Assembly: GCA_964019335.1 (NCBI GenBank)
Contig: OZ025718.1
Span: 1 to 64,000 of the forward strand
Direction of reading: 5' to 3'
From: Diplonema japonicum
Lineage: Eukaryota; Protista; Euglenozoa: Diplonemea
DNA length: 64,000 nucleotides
Each line of letters opens with the position of its first letter. Positions within the stretch are counted from its first letter, which is position 1. The notes under the pieces are model-generated. The model searched no databases. It had not been told where the DNA came from and saw nothing but the letters and a program-made list of their open reading frames with translations. The position numbers and the translations under genes were made by a program. Positions 22,789-33,729 of the stretch are shown here, in pieces.

Positions 22789-23058
22789 TCATCCTCCGCT
22801 GATAGGAGGGATCAAAGCCACTTCGTCGCCATTGCTGAGGATCACAGTCTCACCAACAGGGAGGAATGACTGGTTCACTGCAAGAATTGTCGGGAGCTGC
22901 TGAGACAACACGGCAAGGTTCGGGTACCTCTCTTGAAGCAACTCCAGCAATTGCACAGAGTCACACCCAAGCGGCACCTTCAAGTCCACCTCGCTCGTGT
23001 TGTCGGCCATCTCTTTCGTGGCAGCGAAGAACTTCATCTTCAAGTTTATTTCACTCAT
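22789..23058 (-). CDS. MOCS2A: Molybdopterin synthase sulfur-carrier subunit (MoaD/ThiS fold)
   Basis: KFFAA..E, LAVNQ, and C-terminal GDEVALIPPISGG*. Confidence 0.93.
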   Translation of the reverse strand: MSEINLKMKFFAATKEMADNTSEVDLKVPLGCDSVQLLELLQERYPNLAVLSQQLPTILAVNQSFLPVGETVILSNGDEVALIPPISGG

Positions 23059-23397
23059 TTTTGACGTGTTGGAAACCTGCAACGTATTGATAAGATGCGA
23101 TGACGGGGAAAGTCAAATAATAACTTATTAAACAAACTGGGCAAGTGTAAAATGAAAGAATGTCATCCGCTATGCGTAAGCTTACGGCCACCCTGCGGCA
23201 CGGAATAGTGCTGTGTTGAAGCAGTTTTAGAAGCAGTTCTATAGGTGCGCCGTGATGCTCCCTGTCCCCAAGGGCTACGTACCTGTTCCAAGCTTTCTCA
23301 CTGACATCGTCGTTAGAAATAATAGAAATAAGAAAATGAAAAGGAAGGGGAAGTAGAACCATATGAAAATGAATACGAACAGTGCAGTATACAGGTT

Positions 23398-24540
23398 TTA
23401 GTTTTTGTGTGCTTTTAGCATCGACGCTTTGAGATCGTCCATAAAGACGTACGTGCACCCCTGCTTCTTGCAGAACTCCTTCAAGTCTTTGATGACATTT
23501 GGGTGCTTCTTGTGCCTAGTCGCGACCACGACACGCTCGATGTTCTGTGACAACGAGATCTCGCCGTGTATTTGCACCTCTTTGTAAGTGGAAATACAGG
23601 AGGAGGATTCAAACGGGAGAATCTTGTTTCCCACTTGAAGGATTGCTTTCAGCTCTGCTTTCGTAAACGCATTGCAAACATGAGCATACCACTCGCAGCA
23701 TGCCAGCTCGCATGAAGTAGAACTCGAGTCCTGGTCCACAAAGGAGCACCTCAGCCTCACGCTCTTTAGCTCCAAGTAGCTGTCCCCATACTGCGTCGCT
23801 GGCGCTATCCCATAAGGGTCCCTCACTACATTCAAGCAGCCATACTTAGGTCTCTGGAAACCCTTTGCGCCATGCGTGTCATAGATGTTGCTGAACAGCC
23901 TTGCCTCCCACCCCTTTCTTGTTGTGTGGTCGAGCGTCCCATTGCTGGTTCCCGTTTCGAACTGGTTCCTGTAATGGGTGTCGTGCAGCATCTTCCTGAG
24001 CCGCCCTGCCTGGTCCAAGCTGATGTGGATGATGATAGGCGCATCGTCGCGGATGTATTTCAAACACTTCTTGAGATGCTCTTCCGTGAAGTTGAGTGAC
24101 TTAGTGCGCTTTAAGAGGCAAGGGTATGCCTCCTCAGACCTTCTCTTGCTACTTTTGACCACGTAATGTAGGACCTTTTGCTGAATGGCGTCACAGTGCT
24201 TGACGATGGCCAGCTGCTCATAGACTGGAGGGAGGAAGGAGTTGGCGGGATCGTACTCTGAGGGATCTTTGTTGGGATTCAGGCTCAAGGTGCTGGGAGA
24301 GTCGTCGTACGCGTTGTCTAGGTCGTTCGCGTTGCTATCTGTGTCGGAGCTGCTGTCAGTGCTGCACTGGTAGTTGAAATGTCCGTGGACGGGAGATGCA
24401 GGCAGCTCACCGCCTTCAATAAGCATCATGACTGCCTCGTCGACATTGTTCCTACACAACCGAAGCGCCCGTTCAGCCCTGTCCTTAGGGATGTACTCTA
24501 GCACGCTCAGCACATCTGTCACCTTTTCGCTATCGCACAT
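23398..24540 (-). CDS. UBA/CUE domain plus DUF3626-like domain protein
   Basis: RAERALRLCRNNVDEAVMML (UBA-like). YRNQFETGTSNG, WEARLF, RPKYGCLN, YGDS and YKEVQIHG recall DUF3626. Confidence 0.8.
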   Translation of the reverse strand: MCDSEKVTDVLSVLEYIPKDRAERALRLCRNNVDEAVMMLIEGGELPASPVHGHFNYQCSTDSSSDTDSNANDLDNAYDDSPSTLSLNPNKDPSEYDPANSFLPPVYEQLAIVKHCDAIQQKVLHYVVKSSKRRSEEAYPCLLKRTKSLNFTEEHLKKCLKYIRDDAPIIIHISLDQAGRLRKMLHDTHYRNQFETGTSNGTLDHTTRKGWEARLFSNIYDTHGAKGFQRPKYGCLNVVRDPYGIAPATQYGDSYLELKSVRLRCSFVDQDSSSTSCELACCEWYAHVCNAFTKAELKAILQVGNKILPFESSSCISTYKEVQIHGEISLSQNIERVVVATRHKKHPNVIKDLKEFCKKQGCTYVFMDDLKASMLKAHKN

Positions 24541-24830
24541 CAATAGTGTAGCCTGTGGAGTGGTGCATGAAACACGGAAACAAGGGGAAATAATTCGTAA
24601 ACACCCACAACGGATCATGATCTACATGTATTAACTGAATGGCTCCTGATCAGGCCTTAGCCGATGGGACGCTGTGTCCCGAACGTTTTTTTTTTTTTTT
24701 TTTCTTTCTTCTTTCTTTCTTTTTGTTCTTTTTTTTTTTGTATTTTCAATAGCCAGTGGCCAGTGCAAAAACAAACAGGAGCGAGCTACAGGAAAAATAG
24801 TGCGAAAACAATGGACACATGGGGTTATGG

Positions 24831-26650
24831 CTACGTAGCCCAGCCGTAGATCATGCCACCCCATGATACAAAAAAGATGCAGATGCCCACCCACCACATA
24901 ACCTTGGGGCCAGTCATCGCCATGTTCGGTACAAAGTACTTCTCAGGCTCTTCAGGATCGTTCACAAGCAGAGCAGTGGCCTCAGTCTCAGTCTCATTCT
25001 ATGTGCGTATAATAGTGTGTCAGATGCATACCTCCCCTTCAATCATGCTCCCCATCTCGTTCACAGTCTTCATGTTGTCATCCGCCAAGCAGATCTTCAT
25101 GTACAAACTAGCAGGCAACAAGAACACCAGCGTGACACTCGACGTGGCCCCCACTGCCCCAAAGATGGTGGTGATGTGCGGCACGAATAGCGCAGCAACA
25201 AGCATCACAAGAATGATGACGAAGGTCTTTAAGATGTGCGTAATCCAAAAGTCACGTCCGGTCTTCTCCGGTGCAGGCTCGTAGCCTTTTATTGCCCTGT
25301 AAGCATCATAGATGTGGTCGGCGCTGCGTCGCCATGGAAAGCTGAGCAGCGGGATGCTGCACAGCACCGCAACCATGAAGCCCAACCTCACCGAAACGTC
25401 AAGTGGTGCGCTGGGCTCCGTGTCTTGGTAGCTCTTCAACAAGTTCTGTGGGGCTGCTTGTTTTTTATTCTTGTATCACACCTGATTGACATTTCCTCTG
25501 AAGGTGAGATATCCGAACACGGCACCTGTGCAGTACAGGATAAAGGCCAAAAGGAGCGCCATGTGCACAGCAAGCATCATTCTCTTTTGTGGACGCCGTG
25601 TTCTTCCCAAGCTGTCAGCCAGCTGCAGCTCGTGGTACACAGGAAGAAGTGATGTGTGGCACACGAAGGAAAAGCACAACGTGGGGAGTGCAAGGAAGGT
25701 GTCAACGGAGGGGGCAAAATACTTGATGTCGCAGTCGTCCTGGCATGTCTGGTCCTCACGGAGGGAGAACGACTTAGCGAACACGAAGACGACAAAGAAG
25801 CATGTGAGACCCACAGCAAGAACACCTGACAATGTTATGACAACATACATAAAGACATACCAACGTAAGCAAGAACCCCTATCTTTGTGCTGCAGGCGGG
25901 AATGAATACTAAGAAAGCTGCAGCGCATGTCATAAAGTCGCTGTTGGTGAGAACGCTGTTGTCTGTCATGAGCACCATAATATCATGAATCACGTCTTTA
26001 AAGACCTTGAAGTAGCTGACCATTGCACCAGTGTTCTGAATGCATATCATGGATGACACAAACAGCCTTCCCTTCTCGCCCCACGCTAGGTAGCCCAGCC
26101 GCTCGTAGCTCACCATCTCTCCCTCGACCTTTGTAGTGATGGCGGCAGCAAGGAGGAGCTGCAGGGAGTAGTCCACGACGAAGACCATAATAACAAGCAG
26201 AGCGAGAAACAATGCAACCCCACTACCCTTCATGATGTATGCCAAGCCGAGAACACCAGAACCTGCAATGGCATTCAGCAGGTTGAACACTGCTGACGCA
26301 AAGGAGATGCTGCGCCCTTGGATCAACGTGGTCTGCCTTTCTGGCTGCACCACTGTGATGGGTGCCCCATTCATGAGCGTGCCATTCTGCTGCAGTGCCA
26401 TTGGGATGCTCTTCGCGCTGCTGAACGTGATGTGATACACAACAGGCTCCTCTCCGTGCTGGTATGGCTGCACATCAACCACCTGACCCACACTCTCGAA
26501 GTGCTCCTTCACAGTCCTGTCCGTAATGCTGAGGGCAGTGGCACCCTCAACTTGGACAGTTTTGCTATATTCTTCAGGCCGCTTGTCCTGTTCACCCCCG
26601 ACTACCGTGCTCCTGAGATGCTTGGCCATCCCAGGAAAGGAGGCTCCCAT
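24831..26650 (-). CDS. AAAP/SLC38-type amino-acid transporter with an N-terminal RRM-like domain, 4 exons
   Basis: FNLLNAIAGSGVLGL, FSFVCH..LPVY.EL, FGYLTF and GA..LVFLLPA motifs. Introns 25826-25860, 25446-25481 and 24999-25031. Confidence 0.92.
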
Positions 26651-26709
26651 TTTTACTGTTTGTGCCCACTCCTGTTGGAATACATCACTGCAGCAGGCTA
26701 GAAAACAAT

Positions 26710-27408
26710 TTACTTTGAAGGAATCCTGTCCATAACCTCCTGCGACGCCTTCATGACCAGAGCCAGATCATCCTCCTGCTGCTCTATTTCGGACTCGAGC
26801 ATCTGTTGTGCGAACCGTCTCTCCCTTGCCTGCAAGGCCTTTTCCTCTTCCGTGAACTCTGTAGACACGTACCTTTGCAGCTGCTTTTCTTTTGATGACA
26901 AATAAAACGCCGAGTTAAAGCTGGATGATATCACAGCATCGCATAGCATGAGGAAGCCTGTTAGGCACACGGCACACACAACGAAGACGAACGCTATTTT
27001 GATGACCTCCTTCAATGCTATGAGCTCGTTCAAGGCATATACCTTCATTCTGCCCGGCGCTCTCTGTACGCCACCAGCAAAGCGCTCCGCTCGTTGTTTC
27101 ATCGTCGTCTTTGGGGGAGTGCGTGCCTTCTGTTCCTTGCGTTTGTATTCCTCAGCTTCTTCATAGGCAGCTTTCGTTCCAGGTGCTGGGCGGCGCTTCA
27201 TGTTCTGCAGTTCTTCGTATGCCTTTTGTATCTCTAAGAAGAGCTTTGCACCATCGGGGTTCACGTCAGGGTGATACGCCTTCACCAGTCGCTTGTAGCT
27301 TGCCTTGATCTCACTCGGTGAAGCACCACGCTTGAGCTGCAACACATCCCAAGGGTCCTTCCACGGTGCAGCCCTCGCTGCCAACAGGACCCTGCTGGTC
27401 CTAAGCAT
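26710..27408 (-). CDS. DnaJ-domain protein with one TM, likely mitochondrial
   Basis: EIKASYKRL..YHPD..F.EIQKAYE; MLRTSRVLLAAR presequence. Confidence 0.9.
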   Translation of the reverse strand: MLRTSRVLLAARAAPWKDPWDVLQLKRGASPSEIKASYKRLVKAYHPDVNPDGAKLFLEIQKAYEELQNMKRRPAPGTKAAYEEAEEYKRKEQKARTPPKTTMKQRAERFAGGVQRAPGRMKVYALNELIALKEVIKIAFVFVVCAVCLTGFLMLCDAVISSSFNSAFYLSSKEKQLQRYVSTEFTEEEKALQARERRFAQQMLESEIEQQEDDLALVMKASQEVMDRIPSK

Positions 27409-27522
27409 TACATTCAACCTGTGCAGGTAGCTTAGAGGATGGTGACTACTAAAAAGAAAAAACACTTTATTTTTTCCCACTTTTTTTTTCCAAATGACTT
27501 ACAGGTAAAAAAAAAAACCATT

Positions 27523-27705
27523 CTAGTTCTTGGTCACTGCCTTGCGCGCCTTGAGGGACCCCTTGAGGGAGAAACGCATGTTCTTCTTCAGCTTGGGCTC
27601 CATACCCTTCCTGGAGATGTACCTCTCCCTCTGGGGCTTCTTGATACCGTTACGGTGGGCCTTGTAGTTCTGGTTGTGGTTAGTGTGGTTCTTGGACTTG
27701 GCCAT
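27523..27705 (-). CDS. RPL29: 60S ribosomal protein L29 (eL29), copy A
   Basis: MAKSKNHTNHNQNYKAHRNGIKKP. Confidence 0.97.
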   Translation of the reverse strand: MAKSKNHTNHNQNYKAHRNGIKKPQRERYISRKGMEPKLKKNMRFSLKGSLKARKAVTKN

Positions 27706-27882
27706 TTTTTTTTTTTCTTTTTAGAGCAACGTGATCTGAAGGGGTACTTATAAGGGGATTAAAACATATGAAAAAGAAGGACGCAACACTACCAACGAGG
27801 ACTGAGCAACACACTAAGGACCTCCCTTGAGACCGCTGTCTGATTCTATTTTTTTCTTACTTCTTCCTTATTTTTTCTCCAC

Positions 27883-28065
27883 TTAGTTCTTGGTCACCGC
27901 CTTGCGCGCCTTGAGGGACCCCTTGAGGGAGAAACGCATGTTCTTCTTCAGCTTGGGCTCCATACCCTTCCTGGAGATGTACCTCTCCCTCTGGGGCTTC
28001 TTGATACCGTTACGGTGGGCCTTGTAGTTCTGATTGTGGTTGGTGTGGTTCTTGGACTTGGCCAT
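27883..28065 (-). CDS. RPL29: 60S ribosomal protein L29 (eL29), copy B
   Basis: Same 60-aa protein as copy A. Confidence 0.97.
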   Translation of the reverse strand: MAKSKNHTNHNQNYKAHRNGIKKPQRERYISRKGMEPKLKKNMRFSLKGSLKARKAVTKN

Positions 28066-28196
28066 TTTTTTCTTTTTCTTTTTCTTTTTCTTTTTCCACT
28101 TATAAGAGAAAAAATTATGGTTAATGGTAAAGCAAACAAAAGCTGAAAACACTACTGATTCCCTTTAAGGAGGCATCTACGTTAGTTATGCTTCGC

Positions 28197-28379
28197 TTAG
28201 TTCTTGGTCACTGCCTTGCGCGCCTTGAGGGACCCCTTGAGGGAGAAACGCATGTTCTTCTTCAGCTTGGGCTCCATACCCTTCCTGGAGATGTACCTCT
28301 CCCTCTGGGGCTTCTTGATACCGTTACGGTGGGCCTTGTAGTTCTGGTTGTGGTTAGTGTGGTTCTTGGACTTGGCCAT
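28197..28379 (-). CDS. RPL29: 60S ribosomal protein L29 (eL29), copy C
   Basis: Same 60-aa protein as copy A. Confidence 0.97.
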   Translation of the reverse strand: MAKSKNHTNHNQNYKAHRNGIKKPQRERYISRKGMEPKLKKNMRFSLKGSLKARKAVTKN

Positions 28380-28586
28380 TTTATTTTATTTTCTTTTTTT
28401 TTAAATTTCTAAGGACCCCTGTATAAATCTTTAGAAGCAATTGAAAGTAGAAAAACTTTTAAAATAATAAAAAAAGATTTTTAATAAAAAAGGACATTTT
28501 TTTTTTTGAATAAATGATCAGAGAAAAAATAGGGCAGTTGTGGGATGAGGAGAAAACAAGAAATGGGGGATGAGGGCAAGACGGTG

Positions 28587-28628
<42 letters not shown>

Positions 28629-29459
28629 GGAAAGACAATAAAAAGAGGCATAAAAATGGGGATTTGGGATAAGAGAGGAAATCAAGAAGCTAAAATAAAT
28701 TCTGGTCCCACCAGGGGGAGGAGGCCTATCAGATGTGCAGCATAGGTCCTCTTGGTGAAGGCCAAAACAGGTGGTTTTGTGGTTTTCTTTATTCTCCTTT
28801 TTTTCCCTTTTTTTTCAGTAATGTGTTCTCATTCTTTCTTTCTTCTAAGACCTTTAGAATCTCTCTTCTTTTTTTTTCCCTAAAAAAGATCTTTGTTCTA
28901 TTGGGAGAAAAACTGTATTTTTTTCCCCCCCCCCGAGAAAAGGGGAAATATTCTCTTTTTTTTTAAGGGCGTGTAAAAAAAAAAGATGAAATAAAAAAGC
29001 AGAAAATAATTGAAAAATACCGCCACAAAGTTTGGTACAAGAAAAGCAATGCTATTGTTAAGAAAGAATTGAAAAAAAAAAATATTAATTAAGGAAAACC
29101 ACCCCTTTCTTTTAGGTGTTATTCACGAGAAAAAAATATAAAAAAAAAACCTCTTCTTTTTCTTTAAAAAAAGCAGAGGCGCATTCTTTAAAGTCTTTCT
29201 CCCCCCTTCCTGCCACACCCCTCTAAGAAAGGGGGGAAAACAAATAAATAAAAAAAAAAATATAAAGTAAAAAAAAAAAAAAAAATGATCTTTTTTTTTC
29301 AAAACTTTAAAAAAGTATTATGGGAAAAAGAAACTGGGAACGGGGGAAAATAAAATCAGGAGCTTATTTATCTATATCCATTTACGTGGTTGGGGCGGTG
29401 AGTGTGTACCTTTTTTTTTTTTTTTTTTCTTTTTCCCTTCCGTTCTCCTCATTCACTCC

Positions 29460-30548
29460 TCATACCGGTTGTATAGGAATAGTACCAAAATAGGGCTCTT
29501 CAGGCATCGGGAAGTGGTGACTGGCCTCCACAGGCATGCCCGGTGGGGCCCACAGTATGTTATGCTTCATGCCCCCCCTCGGCTGCTTGAACCTATCGCC
29601 GTTGTTTTGCAGCTTCTTTCCCATTGCTTCGTTTTCCGTGACCTCCTCCTTGAACTGAGTCATGATCTGTTGGGTGGCCTCCTTCATTGCGTATTGCACC
29701 CTCTGCTGCAGTCTCATGAACCTCTCCTCAGACCATTCTTCCTCCATGTGGTCCCACTTGTCCTTTCCACCCTGTTTATTTCTCTCTTTTCTATTCGTGT
29801 TCAAAATACCTTCTGCGCCATCTGCTTGCTTATCTGGTACTGGTTCTTCAGTTTCGTCCTGTTTTTTTTTTTTTTTTTTCCCTCTGGTCCCTTTGACTTG
29901 ATCCACATACTTGAGTTCGTCTCGTTCCTGCTGCAACAGAATAACAGCCTCCTTGCATGCCTTGTTCTCTTGGATCTCTTTCTTGGCCTCTATCAGCTGT
30001 TGCTGCAAGGAAGTGTTCAGCCTCTTGAGTTCCTCGACCTCAGGGTCTACCTTCTTCCGCTCCTGTGGCGGGTGGCTCCCCACCTGAGGGCGGCATACCT
30101 GAGGCTCCCACTTTGCAGCGCCGGCAGATAAGAGGGCAGAACCATTGGCAGCAGGGGCTGCGGGCGAGCTGAAGACGTTCCATGACGAGGACTCATGGAC
30201 GCTGCTCACAGGGGAGGGCGAGGGCGACGGGGCATCGCTGCCTGCCAGCAGTGTGCTGAGGATATTGTCAATATCTGTGACAGAGGGCAACGCATGGATG
30301 TCATCCTCCTCAACAGGTGGGATGTGCAGAAGCCCGTTCACGATCCTGTCCCCCTCAGGCGCCAGTGCGAAGTGCTGATGCATGTTCGAGAACGCCTCTT
30401 CCTCCCTCTCAGACGGTGTTTTGTCGCCCTTCTTCGCTTCGAGCGACTTTTCCCTTTCTCTTTCTTTTTCCCGCTCCGTTTCTCTTTCTTTTTCCCTTTC
30501 CCGCTGTTGTTGTAGCTGCTGTTCCTTTTCCTGCTCCCGTAGTAGTAG

Positions 30549-30580
<32 letters not shown>

Positions 30581-32075
30581 GCTGCTGCTGTTGTTGTTGT
30601 TGTTGTTGTTGCCGCCGTTCTGTTTCCTGCTCCTTTTCTTTTTCGCGTTCTCTTTCACGCTCTTTTTCTCTTTCTTTTTCTCTTTCCCGTTCTTGGTCTT
30701 GCTGCTCCCTCTGCTGCTTGGCTGCTGTCGGGGGTACCATCGAGTCCTGGGGCATCTTAGGCGAGATAGCAGCTAAAACTGCTTTGGAACCATTCCATAC
30801 ATTTTTGATGGACGCAGACTGAGGTGCTGCGATGGGGGTCTGCATGTGTGAGGTGTGGGACACTTGCTTGTGACGCTTTGTTTCAGGGTTTCTAGGGTGC
30901 TCCCATATGCAGCAGCCTCCTGTTGCGCCTCTGCAGTTGCCGTGCCGAAGAAGCATGACGCACACACTCGCATCGTAGTCGACGAAGGGACACATGTCCC
31001 CAGCAGGGCAATTCCCCAACTGGTTTATGCAGGGATGTCTACCGGCTGACTTGTCTTTCAGCCCAGCGTCCGGGTTGCTCATGTATACCTGCTTCTTTTT
31101 TTCTCTTTGCCTTTCCAGTTCTCGTTCTCGTTCCCGTTCCCTTTCTTTTTCCTTTTCCCGCTCTCTTTCACGTTCCCTTTCACGTTCCCTTTCCCGCTCT
31201 CTTTCTCTTTCTTTTTCTTTTTCCCGTTCTTTTTCTTTTTCTTTCTCTCGCAGCTCTTTTTCCCGCTCTTCTTTTTCCTCGTTTTCTTTTTGGAGCATGA
31301 CGGACGCTTCCTTGCGCTCGTCCTCCTCGTCCGAGTCCTCATACGGCCCGATCATGGTTTCGTACATGTCCTTCTCTGAAGCGTCTATGGTTGCTGTGTC
31401 CTTTGAAAGTGCGTGTTCCAGTTCGTCCTTGTGCTCATTGACGGTCGTGGCATCAATCATATCGTTGTGAAGGAGCTTCAGGACGGTTTCCAGTTTTTTT
31501 TGGTGGAAGCGGATTCTGACTAGTTTCAGCTTGGCTGCAGCTTGGCGTTTTTGCCGGGATTTTGCAGCGGTTGCTTCTGCTTCAACTTTTTCGCTCAGCT
31601 CACGGAGTTGCCTCAAACACTGTGCCACCCACTCGCTGGTGCTATCTAGTATCGTCGGCTGGCTGGCCATTTCCAACCCTTCTTTCGAATATTTCTTGAA
31701 CTTCCCTTCCCGGAACTGTTTGTGGAAGCTGTGTGTGGTGTCGACTAGTTGTTTTATGAGCAATTCGGTTGTCTCCCTTCTGCTTACATCGGACTTTCCG
31801 TTCACCTGCACCCACTGCGTCAGTTCGTCTTTCAGCGTGTTCATCTTTCGGACCTCCTTTTTCAGCGCTTCTTCTAGTCTGTCCATTCTTCCGCTGTGCA
31901 CCTGTACCCTCGTTTGTCGTTTCCCGTTGCCTTTCTTCCTTTCGTCCATCCGGTCCGCGATCCCGTTGTTCTGGTGCTGTTGTATTGTCTCCCAACTTTC
32001 ATCGTACGAGTCAAGCGTGTCTTGTGCCCGTTTTACAAGCTTATCCAGTGTCAGCCTTGCTGTTGCTTTCGACAT
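29460..32075 (-). CDS. Not3 N-terminal-domain protein with CCCH-type fingers, E/R/K tracts and polyQ
   Basis: LDKLVKR..RLEEALKKEVRKM..LKDEL..W, KFKKYSKEGL and RFHQKKLETVLKLL.ND match the Not3/Not5 N-terminus. Likely start is MSKAT at 32075. Confidence 0.8.
30541..30611. repeat. (GTT/GCT)n microsatellite encoding polyQ
   Basis: Direct trinucleotide repeat. Confidence 0.95.
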
Positions 32076-33729
32076 AACCCCCAGCTCCTCTGGTCTTGTT
32101 TTTACCGGGTTTTTTCTTTTTGAGTTTTCTTTTAGATCCTGTTGCGATGATTCTGCTTGAGGACCGAACGAAAAAAAAGCATTGAAAAATGTTTTTTTTT
32201 TTTTTGAGGGCGGGAGAAGAGGGGATGTTGAGAGAGGGATTTGTTTGCTTGTTTCCCCCCTCCCCCTTTGCTGTTTTTTTTCCCTTTTTTCTTTTTCTTC
32301 TTCCCTTTTAGGAACCCCGTTTTTGCGCCGAGGGTTGTTATCAACTTCTATTTCTATCAAATAAAGCCTTTTTCCTACTCTTTTCTTTTGAAGTGAATAA
32401 GCAGGGGAGGGGGGGGGAGCCATATTCGCACCGAACACCATTGTGTGCCAAGACGAAAATAAAAAAACGAGGGGAAATAAATTTTCTGCTACCAGTAAAA
32501 CAACCAACATACACACGACCTTTCCACAGCCTCGCGTTAACTGTCCCGGGAGCCCCGAAGGTCCAACAGGCATACTGCGAGCCTTACTTGTTGGGCCTTG
32601 CCGAGGAAATAAAAGAGATCGGGGGACGAGGGGGATAATGAGGCTTTTTCGTTTCTATTCTTTTTATTCCTAGCATAAAAGGGGGAAGGAAGAATAAGAA
32701 GAACTCAACGAGGGTCAAAAGCAAAAGAGCCTCTCCGGCAGCGAATGAAGTAAGATTGGGACAAAGAGAATAACAGCAGGGGAAAAGACCTTTTCTAACC
32801 CAAAAAAGGTATACGTCTGCTTCGTGAATGCACGCTTTGTATTTTAAGTGTTCATCATAACTCGGTACATGGTGACTGGGAGTGACTACTCATACGGACA
32901 GAACCCAAAAAGGAACGTAAATGAAAGTAGAGAAAGGAGTCTGATGAGAATAATCAAAAAGAGAACATAAGTGTAAGCAAGGAGCACATGGCAATCACTC
33001 TTTCCGCAAAACATAGCAGCCTTCACCTTGTTATTCTTATTTTCTCCCTCTGGTTGCACCACACCACAGAAAAAAGAGAAAAAAAACAGGAAGATAACAT
33101 GTACCCTCCCAACAAACAGAAACAAGGGAGGGGGGGGAAGGTTCTATTGCCCTCTTAATCGCAGTACATAAATCGTGTGGGAGAGAGATAACAACCACCC
33201 AACCAAATAATGGTCCCCTTCAGGGCCCCTGCCCTTCCCAAACAAAAAAACAATAGAAAAGTTATTCAAGCATTTGTTTGTGCACACTAACACCTAGTTA
33301 GGCTATAAGAAAGGTATGCAACTCACGTTGCCACTGAATAGTTTAAGCAATACATAATTTTCAAAAAAGGGGGAAGGGTGAGAAAGGTGGTAGCACATGA
33401 TATTCAGAAAAAGGGGGAAGAGATCAAAAAAAAAAAAAACAAAGAGGGGAGAAGGACGGATAAAAAAAATAACATGAGTTGAACGATCTCTTTTGTTCCA
33501 TCATTGACTGCTTTTCGTTCCCCCCCCCCCCCCCCCCCGACCATAGCAGTGACTACGAGAAAGAACATATCGGTTTCCCAAAAAAATATAAAAAAAAAGC
33601 TAGCAAAGACACCAGGCACCTCCAGACGAGTGGATCCCTGTGTGGAGGAGAAGGAATTGAGTGAGATGGGCGGCGCCCTTCATAGGCTAGGGCCGTGTAT
33701 GGAGATACACAGCAGTTGAGAGAAGCCGT

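Noticed and set aside
32076-32573. N-terminal ORF extensions (also 60242-60547, 50202-50300, 28066-28152)
   Set aside because: Low-complexity UTR or intergenic sequence; homology or signal peptides begin at downstream ATGs.
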